Positions 19,837 through 29,376 of a stretch of 46,196 nt of DNA are shown here, one piece after another. Position 1 is the stretch's first letter. Each line of letters starts with the position of its first letter. Location: positions 1 through 46,196 of the forward strand of contig JANNWY010000096.1 of the NCBI GenBank assembly GCA_031409335.1, given 5' to 3'. The translations under genes were made by a program, and so were the position numbers. The DNA comes from Chthoniobacteraceae bacterium. Lineage in GTDB: Bacteria > Verrucomicrobiota > Verrucomicrobiia > Chthoniobacterales > Chthoniobacteraceae. The notes beneath the pieces are model-generated. The model did not search any database and was not told the origin of the DNA. It saw nothing but the letters and a program-made list of their open reading frames with translations.

Positions 19837-21526
19837 AGAAAAAAGTGGAGATGTCCTTGAACACTTCACGGATGTTCTCGGGCTTGCCTTCGTAATACTT
19901 CGCCTGCGTCGCGTCGGCGATTTTCTTCAGCACATCGGCTTGGCCGCCGGAATCGTAGCCGATGGTGAAAACGCGGATCGTCTGCTTTTCGTTGTCGAAT
20001 CGGATGCGGTTGAGCAGGTCGCCGAGCTTGGTGCGGCTGTCGGTGTCGGCACCGTCGGTGAGCACGACGATCGCGGAAATTTTGTCGCGGACTTGGTCGC
20101 GCTTGGCGATCTGCTCGGAAAACGCGGCATCGATCGCGTCGTAGAGCGCAGTGCCGCCATTCGCGATCAGCGAGCCCGCGGCGGCCATCGCCTGCGTGCG
20201 GGTTTTTGCGAGCGGCGCGGCGGGCGCGGACGGGAAGACGGTGCTGCTGAATGGGAGCAGCCGGTAGGTGTCTTCGTCGCCGAGCATCTTCACGAGTTCC
20301 TGCGCGCCGAGTCGCGCATTCGCGATGCGACCGCGTTCGTTCATCGAGCCGGATACATCCATGACGAGCGTGATGTTCGAGCGCTTTTTATTTTTCTGCC
20401 AGAGCCGCATGACGGCATCCATCGTCTCGACCGAAGGCACTTCGAGCGTCGTCTGCGGCTCCTTCGCATTGACGCCGTGCGCGGCATCGAGCGGCGCGGT
20501 GAGCGGGATGTCGGCGAGCGCCGGACGGAAGCCGAGCGCGCGCGCCTTCTCCTGCTGCGCGCGCGCGAGCAGGAAATCGAGATACCTGCGCGCCGCGTCG
20601 CGATGCTCGGGCGTCACCCATTCGCGATCGACGATGCCCGCCGGATGATCGCTCCAAAACGTGCCCTCTTTCGGATAAATCGCGACGACGGGAAACGCGG
20701 TCGGCTCCCGCTGCGAGTAGCTCTCGATCACCATGTTCTCATAGAGCACCGCTGCGCTGATGTAGCCCGGCCCATTCGCAAACATCTTCTTTCCAAAAAA
20801 ACCGGTCGAACTCCCATAGTGAACCACCGAGCGCTCAATATCGCCGAGGTAGCGCCCCACTTCCGGCCGTTCCAAATCCGCCGGCACGAGCCCGCCTTTT
20901 TTGCCCGTCGCCGCATACACTTCGGCGAAGAGCGAAATCAGTCCGCTGTTGCTGAATTGCGGATGCGTGTGCCCGAAACGAAACTGCCCCCACTGTGGCA
21001 TCCCGCGCGCCGCCCAGCCCTGCGGCTCGGTCGAAAGCGCGAGGATTTCCGCCCAGCCGACCGGCTTCGTCCCCCAGCCGATCGCCTCCGCCATCGGCTT
21101 CCACATCGCGATCACGACTGGCGAGAGCACAAGATTGTCCGTCGCCGGAATCAAGTCCTTCCCCGTCTTCGCGCGCCACTGCGCGTTGCCGAGTTTGATG
21201 AACGCCGACGACGCCGGGCTGGTGATGTGAGCCTGATTCGCGCCCGCGATCAACTCATCGAGACACTCGCCGGAACCCTTCGGCTGTGCGGTCACGCGGA
21301 TCGCCTTGCCGCTGCCGTCTTTCACCCCGCGCTGATTGAAATCCGCCGTCACCAACTCGACCCACGCCTGCTTTTCCGAGCCATAAGTGAAGAGCAAATC
21401 CAGCACGCCCGCTTTCGGTGGCGGAGCTGTATTTGGCGCAATCGAAGCCGTGTCCGCGCGCTTGCAGGCCGCGAGGAGTGAAATGCATACCAAGATCCAC
21501 AAGGTGCGAATTGCGCGGAAAGCCAT
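19835..21526 (-). CDS. Solute-binding domain plus vWA lipoprotein (Ca-activated chloride channel homolog type)
   Basis: Lipobox LLAAC; HTHPQFSNSG; MIDAS DVSGSM, GGTALYDA, VVLTDG. Confidence 0.9.
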   Translation of the reverse strand: MAFRAIRTLWILVCISLLAACKRADTASIAPNTAPPPKAGVLDLLFTYGSEKQAWVELVTADFNQRGVKDGSGKAIRVTAQPKGSGECLDELIAGANQAHITSPASSAFIKLGNAQWRAKTGKDLIPATDNLVLSPVVIAMWKPMAEAIGWGTKPVGWAEILALSTEPQGWAARGMPQWGQFRFGHTHPQFSNSGLISLFAEVYAATGKKGGLVPADLERPEVGRYLGDIERSVVHYGSSTGFFGKKMFANGPGYISAAVLYENMVIESYSQREPTAFPVVAIYPKEGTFWSDHPAGIVDREWVTPEHRDAARRYLDFLLARAQQEKARALGFRPALADIPLTAPLDAAHGVNAKEPQTTLEVPSVETMDAVMRLWQKNKKRSNITLVMDVSGSMNERGRIANARLGAQELVKMLGDEDTYRLLPFSSTVFPSAPAAPLAKTRTQAMAAAGSLIANGGTALYDAIDAAFSEQIAKRDQVRDKISAIVVLTDGADTDSRTKLGDLLNRIRFDNEKQTIRVFTIGYDSGGQADVLKKIADATQAKYYEGKPENIREVFKDISTFF

Positions 21527-21616
21527 ATGGAAAAAACTGACAGGGAGATCGTCGCGAGTCAGTCACGCATTTGTAACAATCGGGAAACGCGCAGTTCTCC
21601 GACTGTCAACCGGACG

Positions 21617-21647
21617 TGTCCACGATTCGGACACGTCGCCCGGCTCA
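21617..21647 (+). repeat. 31-bp direct repeat, copy 1
   Basis: tgtccacgattcggacacgtcgcccggctca; 29/31 identical to 24717-24747. Confidence 0.85.
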
Positions 21648-21983
21648 CCGAGCGCGCCCTCTTCACACAATTCCAGTGAATGGTCGGCACCCGCTCTACA
21701 TGCCGTCCAAGCACCCATCAACCCCGCAGCCTCCGGTGTCATTTTCCTGTGAGGCAACGCGTCGCACGCCGACTACTTTGCCGCGGCCCTCGCACGCAGC
21801 CATTCCGAAGCGGTCCGATCTCATTGGCGAACTGGTATCACGCCACTGCGCCCGCGGCCATACCGCAGTGGAAAGGCAGCGGGTGCGACGCCTGGGCGCG
21901 GGGTAAGTGTGGCGCTTCGCGTGGCGTCGCGATTCATGCGCAGGACCGCATGAGCCACTGGCCACGACCGCCCGGAATGGCGC

Positions 21984-24578
21984 TCAGTAGCGGAACGTGG
22001 CTTTCACTCTTTTGGAAACGAGCACGTAGGGAATCCAAACGAGCGAGCCCACGACCACGCGCCCGATCTCCCTGGCCGAATCCTTGAGGGAACTCGCGGC
22101 GGCCGGGATCTGCGCGCAGAGGCAGGTGTCCACCACGAGGCCGAGCAGGAAGAAGATGAACATCCATGCAAAGCAGCGCGGCCAGACGGCGCGTTTTTGG
22201 AAAAATAGCACCGCTACGAGGAAGCAGAGTACGATGGCTAGCGCGTTATAGATCAACTCGAAGAGCAGGGTGGGCAGCCAGAATGGATGATACGCGGGCT
22301 GGCCGGAGACGGTCAGCGCGCGCCAGGTCTCCATCTGGAAGACGGACGGGAAGATTTTCATGATTCCGAAAAGCAGGGTGAGCGGACGGACCACGATGCC
22401 GAAGCCCACGAGAATGAGCCATCCTCCGAGGCCTTCCAGCGAAGGGTGGGTCAGCGAGGGTGGCAGCGGCGAGGCGCGCCGGGTGGCGCGATGGTAGAAG
22501 ACGCAGCCAGCGATGGCCGCGAGGACGATGACGGCGAGCATCAGGGCGATGGGCCAGTTGAACTGGCCGTGGCCGGAGTGCGGATCCTTTTGCCGCAGCG
22601 CGGTCAACTGCTCCGGGGTGCTGTAGGTGAAACTGTATCCGAGCGTGGCTTTCAGCTTGCGCTGGGCTGCGTCGTAGTCCGCGAGTTCCGCAACGGGAAT
22701 CCGATCGAGCAGACTTCGATACGAGTAGCTCACCTGAATGTGACGCCCGGAAATTTTGGAATCGTGCTGAAAATGAAAGAAGGCGTTCGTGATCTCCTTT
22801 TGCGAAGGCGTGATCGTCCAGTTCTCGAACATCTCCGCGTGCATCTCCTGGGTGATGTGGACCGGGTGGGCGAGGGCCAGCGGATCGTTGCGCTGCGCGG
22901 CGCCGGGCGTGCCGGACTCGTTATCCACGTCGCTGGGAAAAAGGGTGAGCGTGTGCTGCGCCTTTTCCTCGTCGAGCTGCCAGAGGCCCGGGATGATGTA
23001 GCTTTCGCGGACTTCACAGCCAGTTTCGCCCGGCAGTTCCCGGAAATCGAACCGACCGGCGGAGCGGATGCGCGGGAAACGGCGCGCGTAATACTGCAAA
23101 TACGCCTTTTGGATATCGTCCCGGCTGGTGGACTGAAAATAGGCGCGCGTGAGATCGGCGGCGAGGCCGCGAAACTCGGAAGTCACCTCCAGCCACCCGT
23201 CGCCGCCGGGTGGAGGCACGCTATACTTCTCGACGATTTTCTTTTTCGGCATCGCGTCGGGCGACGGTGCAAAGGCGGTCAACTCGCGCTCGCCCGGACG
23301 CAGCACCAGCGCGTAGCCGAAATTGCCGCTGTAGATTTGGGAAAGCGGACCGCTTTGAAACGAGCGCGTGGCATCCAGCCACCAGATGTCTTTGCCCGCC
23401 TCGACTCGCAGGATGACGTGATTGAAAGCCCACGGCGAAGGCAGGCGCTCGGCCACCTGCTGGCGGTGCAGGCTGCTCACCAGCGCGGGCGTGGCCGTGA
23501 GCTCGCACTCGCGCAGCATCGTCGCGAGCAGGAGCGTCTTGTCTTTGCAATCGCCAAAACGACGGCGCAACACCTCGCCCGGCGGCGTCGGCTGGTGCGA
23601 GCCCACGCCCGATTCGAGGCCGAGGTAGCGGACTTCCTTTTGCACAAAACGCAGCGCCGCGAGGATGCGCGCATCGGCCCCGGGCAGCGCGCGCACCCGC
23701 GCGATCTCCGCCTCGAGTTCGGGCGAAAGTTTCCCGCCCACCGCGTAGAGCGGGATGGCCCAGTCCACCACCTTGCCCCACTCGGCAAACTCGCTGACCT
23801 GCACCTGGCCGTATGGGTTGTAACCTGCGGGCGTGTTCGGATCCATCGGCCGGCCCGCGATGTCCGCCTCGTCCGACAGCCATTCCGTCACGTCATTCCG
23901 GGTCGAAATGGCGGGCCGGATCGCGCGGTTTTTGATCAGAAAATGCAGCGTCCGCCCGGCGGGGCGAACGATCCGCGTGATGGCGCGCCGCACCGGCACG
24001 CTCCACTCGGTCAGGAAGCCGCCGAAGTATCGGTCCTTCAGGATCGGGTTCGCGCCCTCGATGGTGTAGGCATACTCGATGACATCGCCCACGCGCACAT
24101 CCTCGATCCGGCAGTGCGCGGAAAAAGTGCCGTCGTAGAGAAAGGATTCCAAGTCGCGCTCGCGCTGCAAGACCTCGATCTGCGAGCGATCCAGGCGATC
24201 GGCGGCGGTGCCATCGCGAATGAGCCGGATGAAATGGAAGACCAGCTTTTGGTAGGAAGGATCGAAGATCACCGTGAGCGCGGCCCCGTTTTGGACGCCA
24301 GTCTCCGAGGTGATCAGGCGACCTTCGTGATAGAACGACGCCCGCGGAGCGACACTCTGCTGCTGATCGATCAGGAGGTAGGAAATGCCGCCGCTGTCGG
24401 GGTCTTTCGGCAACGGCGCCTCCGCAGCCAAGGCCACCGGCCACACCCAACTGGCGGGAGCCGCGACGGCGAAGGAGGGCGGTGCGGGCTTGGGTTCCGC
24501 GGCCTGTCCCGAAAAAACCAGCCACCCGCACAGGCCGGGAAACAGCCACCGGAATGAAGCGAGAATGCGATCGGTCAT
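21984..24578 (-). CDS. DUF3857 plus transglutaminase-like protein with C-terminal DUF2569-like membrane domain
   Basis: DVRVGDVIEYAY, FVQKEVRY, FGDCKDK (catalytic Cys), FNHVI, WLDAT; C-terminal TMs with GLGGWL and WIPY...SKRVKATF. Confidence 0.9.
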   Translation of the reverse strand: MTDRILASFRWLFPGLCGWLVFSGQAAEPKPAPPSFAVAAPASWVWPVALAAEAPLPKDPDSGGISYLLIDQQQSVAPRASFYHEGRLITSETGVQNGAALTVIFDPSYQKLVFHFIRLIRDGTAADRLDRSQIEVLQRERDLESFLYDGTFSAHCRIEDVRVGDVIEYAYTIEGANPILKDRYFGGFLTEWSVPVRRAITRIVRPAGRTLHFLIKNRAIRPAISTRNDVTEWLSDEADIAGRPMDPNTPAGYNPYGQVQVSEFAEWGKVVDWAIPLYAVGGKLSPELEAEIARVRALPGADARILAALRFVQKEVRYLGLESGVGSHQPTPPGEVLRRRFGDCKDKTLLLATMLRECELTATPALVSSLHRQQVAERLPSPWAFNHVILRVEAGKDIWWLDATRSFQSGPLSQIYSGNFGYALVLRPGERELTAFAPSPDAMPKKKIVEKYSVPPPGGDGWLEVTSEFRGLAADLTRAYFQSTSRDDIQKAYLQYYARRFPRIRSAGRFDFRELPGETGCEVRESYIIPGLWQLDEEKAQHTLTLFPSDVDNESGTPGAAQRNDPLALAHPVHITQEMHAEMFENWTITPSQKEITNAFFHFQHDSKISGRHIQVSYSYRSLLDRIPVAELADYDAAQRKLKATLGYSFTYSTPEQLTALRQKDPHSGHGQFNWPIALMLAVIVLAAIAGCVFYHRATRRASPLPPSLTHPSLEGLGGWLILVGFGIVVRPLTLLFGIMKIFPSVFQMETWRALTVSGQPAYHPFWLPTLLFELIYNALAIVLCFLVAVLFFQKRAVWPRCFAWMFIFFLLGLVVDTCLCAQIPAAASSLKDSAREIGRVVVGSLVWIPYVLVSKRVKATFRY

Positions 24579-24716
24579 AGAGGAAACGCCGGGATTGGGT
24601 CGAATTGGGGAGACAGTTATTTTCACCAGCCAGACAACGCAGGAGGTGCATATCTCGTGCCGTCGCGGGATTGGCAACTTTCGTTTTTTCGCCGAGCTGG
24701 GTGCCGGACGCGCATC

Positions 24717-24747
24717 TGTCCACGATTTGGACACGTCGCGCGGCTCA
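24717..24747 (+). repeat. 31-bp direct repeat, copy 2 (upstream of the Fic gene)
   Basis: tgtccacgatttggacacgtcgcgcggctca. Confidence 0.85.
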
Positions 24748-24789
24748 TGTGCAAAATGGGATGTTTTTTGAACACGTCGTCCGATATAG

Positions 24790-25890
24790 GTGCAGCACGT
24801 GAACACGTTCGACCGCACAAAACCTTACAATGCTCTGCCGCTGCTGCCGCCGAAAGTGGACCTCGAAACGGTGCCTGTCTTGAAGGCGGTGGCGCGGGCG
24901 GCGCGGAGTCTGGCGGAGTTGAAGGGGCGGACGCGGACGGTGCCGAACGCGGCGATTTTGCTGAATACGATCGCGCTGCAGGAGGCGCGGGCGAGTTCGG
25001 AGATCGAGGCGATTTTCACCACGAGCGATGAACTGTATCGCGGGATGAGCGCAGAGTCGGCGGAGGTGAGCCCGCACGCGAAGGAGGTGTTGCATTACAA
25101 CGCGGCGCTGTGGCACGGGGCGGAGCGGCTGCGGGAAAAGCGCGTGCTGACCGCCGATCTGGCGATCGAGATCGTGGGGATGATTAAGCCCGAGGATGCG
25201 GGCATTCGGAATCGGCCCGGCGCGAATCTGAGCAATCGCGCGACCGGCGAAATCGTGTACACGCCGCCCGATGGCGAGCGGCGCCTGCGCGGACTGCTGG
25301 CGAATCTGGAGAAATTTGTGAACGGCACCGAGGACGGGCTCGATCCGCTCGTGAAGCTGGCCGTGCTGCATTATCAATTCGAGGCGATCCACCCTTTTCG
25401 CGATGGGAACGGACGCACCGGGCGCATCCTGCTCATCCTTTTCCTGCTCCAGCAGCGCCTGCTGGAGCAGCCGATCCTTTTCCTAAGCCGCTACATCATC
25501 GAGCACAAGAGCCACTACTACCGCCACCTGCGCGAAGTGACCGAAGACGGCGCGTGGGAGCCGTGGATTCTCTACGTGCTGCGCGCGGTCGAGAGTACGG
25601 CGGAGACGACGGTTTTGAAAATCGAAGCCATCGGCGATCTGCTCGTGCGCATGGTCGAAGAGGGCCGCCTGAAACTGCCGCGCCGCACTTTTTCCAAAGA
25701 GCTGATCGAGCAACTTTTCGTGCGCCCGTATTGCAAAATCCGCCACCTCGAAGAAGCCGGGCTCGGCAACCGCGTCTCCTGCTCGCGCTACCTGCACGAC
25801 CTCGCCGAAGCGGGGCTCGTGGCGAAGGTGAAATCGGGGAAGGAAATCCTGTTTGTGAACGAGCGGCTGGTGAAGCTGCTGGCGAATTGA
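24790..25890 (+). CDS. Fic family protein (adenylyltransferase) with N-terminal inhibitory helix and probable C-terminal wHTH
   Basis: HPFRDGNGRTGR Fic motif; N-terminal SSEIEA; start could be the GTG at 24799. Confidence 0.95.
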   Translation: MQHVNTFDRTKPYNALPLLPPKVDLETVPVLKAVARAARSLAELKGRTRTVPNAAILLNTIALQEARASSEIEAIFTTSDELYRGMSAESAEVSPHAKEVLHYNAALWHGAERLREKRVLTADLAIEIVGMIKPEDAGIRNRPGANLSNRATGEIVYTPPDGERRLRGLLANLEKFVNGTEDGLDPLVKLAVLHYQFEAIHPFRDGNGRTGRILLILFLLQQRLLEQPILFLSRYIIEHKSHYYRHLREVTEDGAWEPWILYVLRAVESTAETTVLKIEAIGDLLVRMVEEGRLKLPRRTFSKELIEQLFVRPYCKIRHLEEAGLGNRVSCSRYLHDLAEAGLVAKVKSGKEILFVNERLVKLLAN

Positions 25891-25944
25891 ACGCGAGTCA
25901 GCTTCCACAAAACGCTTGTGATCGAATGGTGCAATGGCTCCCGG

Positions 25945-27335
<1,391 letters not shown>

Positions 27336-27339
<4 letters not shown>

Positions 27340-28025
27340 GGTTGCTGCGCCGGTTTTCCGATTCCGAACAACCGCCGGAGGACGTTCGGTTTTTTCGGCG
27401 GCGGCACAGGCTCGGCCTCGCGCACTGGCTGGACGGTGGCATCCCGCACGACTTGCGTGGCGGCGGCAGTGCGCAGTTTTTCGCGCGGCTTTTCCGCCAC
27501 TGCGGACGCGGGCTCTACGGAAAATCCCTGGTGCGAAATGACCGCGCCCTTTGTCGCGGCGATCGTGAGCGAGCCGATCTCGCGTCCGCGCGGATCGTAA
27601 CAAGTCAGCCTCCACAGCGGCACGGATTTCGCGCCGTCCTTACGCAGTTGGTAGCCGACGTTCGCGACGCTGACATCGTTCACCTGCGCGTATCGCTGCA
27701 CGATTTTCAGCGCGCTGTCGGAATCGAAACGCACGCCATCGCCGAGGATTTGGTCCGCCACGAGATTTTCGGCAAACTGCGAAACCCCGCGCTCCGCCAC
27801 GATCGCCCCATTCGCGACGACGAATTCTTTCAACCCATTTTCCGCCGCGCGATCGTTCACCAAAATGTGCCACCGCTGCGGTTCCGGCGAACCATCGCGC
27901 GCCTCGATCAGGGCCACATTCGCGCGCTGCTCCCGCGGCAGCAGCTTCACGGCATCGAGCGCGGTGACCCCGGCAGCAAATCCGCTCACGATCAGACATC
28001 CACTGATGATTAGAAAAAGGCGCAT
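27336..28025 (-). CDS. Hypothetical exported protein
   Basis: Signal peptide MRLFLIISGCLIVSGFAAG; translationally coupled to the downstream gene. Confidence 0.7.
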
Positions 28026-28141
28026 ACGAAGTTCCGGCAACGAGCGGTCATCATATCGGTGCGCCACGGTTTTTTCCACCGCAACTCTCGCCACCGGAAA
28101 AACGCTCGACTCACCAGAGCACGCGACCCACGTTTCGCCGC

Positions 28142-29326
28142 ATGATTATTGCCCCAAAAATCCGCGGCTTCATCTGCACCACCGCGCACCCCGAAGGCTG
28201 CGCGGCGCACGTGCAGGAGCAGGTCGAATTCGTCCGCGGTCGCGGTCCGATCGCTGGCCTGCCGAAGCGCGTGCTCGTGATCGGCGCATCGACTGGCTAC
28301 GGCCTCGCGTCCCGCATCGTGCCTGCGTTTGCGGGCGGCGCGGCGACGGTCGGCGTGTTTTTTGAAAAGCCGCCGGAGCCGCAGCGGAGCGCAAGCGCGG
28401 GTTGGTATAACTCCGTCGCTGTTGAAAAAGCCGCGCACGCCGCCGGGCTCTACGCGAAGAGTGTGAACGGCGACGCGTTTTCCGACGCAATCAAGCAGCA
28501 GGTCATCGACATCATCAAAGCCGATCTCGGCACCGTGGACGCCGTGATTTACAGCCTCGCTTCACCTCGCCGCACGCATCCGAAGACTGGGGTGGTCCAC
28601 AAGTCCGTGCTCAAACCCGTCGGCGAGCCGTTCACTGCGAGCACCCTCGATACGGACAAGGGCACGATTTCGGCCATCACGATCGAGCCCGCGAACGAGC
28701 AGGAAATCGCCGACACGCTCGCGGTGATGGGCGGCGAGGATTGGGAAATGTGGATCGACGCGCTCGCCGCCGCCGGGGTGCTCGCTCCCGGCGCGCTCAC
28801 CGTCGCCTACAGCTACATCGGGCCGGATTTGACGTGGGCGGTTTATCGCAATGGCACGATCGGCCACGCGAAGGAACACCTCGAAGCGACGGCAAAACGG
28901 CTCGCGAGCAAGGTCGGGCGCGCCTACGTCTCGATCAACAAGGCGCTCGTCACGCAGGCCAGCTCCGCGATCCCCGTCGTGCCGCTCTACATTTCGCTGC
29001 TCTACAAAGTGATGAAGGCGAAAGGCACGCACGAAGGCTGCATCGAGCAAATCCAGCGCCTCTTCGCCGACCGCCTCGCGCCCGGTAAAGATCCGCAGCT
29101 CGACGGAGTGGGGCGCATTCGCGTCGATGACTGGGAAATGCAGCCCGACGTGCAAGCCGCCGTGGCGGAGCTTTGGCCAAAGGTAAGCACCGAAAATCTC
29201 GCCGAACTTTCCGACATCGCGGGCTACCGCGCCGAGTTTCTAAAGCTCTTCGGCTTCGGTCTGCCCGGCGTCGATTACGCCGCCGAGACCGATCCGAATC
29301 TGCCGCTGCCATCGGCAAGCGCGTAG
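28142..29326 (+). CDS. fabV: Enoyl-ACP / trans-2-enoyl-CoA reductase
   Basis: MIIAPKIRGFICTTAHPEGC, GASTGYGLASRI, YSLASP, VMGGEDW, KALVTQASSAIP, HEGCIEQ. Confidence 0.97.
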   Translation: MIIAPKIRGFICTTAHPEGCAAHVQEQVEFVRGRGPIAGLPKRVLVIGASTGYGLASRIVPAFAGGAATVGVFFEKPPEPQRSASAGWYNSVAVEKAAHAAGLYAKSVNGDAFSDAIKQQVIDIIKADLGTVDAVIYSLASPRRTHPKTGVVHKSVLKPVGEPFTASTLDTDKGTISAITIEPANEQEIADTLAVMGGEDWEMWIDALAAAGVLAPGALTVAYSYIGPDLTWAVYRNGTIGHAKEHLEATAKRLASKVGRAYVSINKALVTQASSAIPVVPLYISLLYKVMKAKGTHEGCIEQIQRLFADRLAPGKDPQLDGVGRIRVDDWEMQPDVQAAVAELWPKVSTENLAELSDIAGYRAEFLKLFGFGLPGVDYAAETDPNLPLPSASA

Positions 29327-29376
29327 CGCGGAAGGTCGCGCAACCTTTCCCGACCGGCAGGGTTCGAGAAAGCGAA

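Noticed and set aside
21780..21980. Integron attC site downstream of the transglutaminase-like gene
   Set aside because: Some palindromy (ccactgcg...cgcagtgg) is present, but I could not identify paired RYYYAAC/GTTRRRY boxes and there is no intI
24762..24774. Verrucomicrobial LexA box (TGTTC-N4-GAACA) upstream of fic
   Set aside because: The sequence tgttttttgaaca has a mismatch and a spacer one base short; no such box was seen upstream of uvrA either
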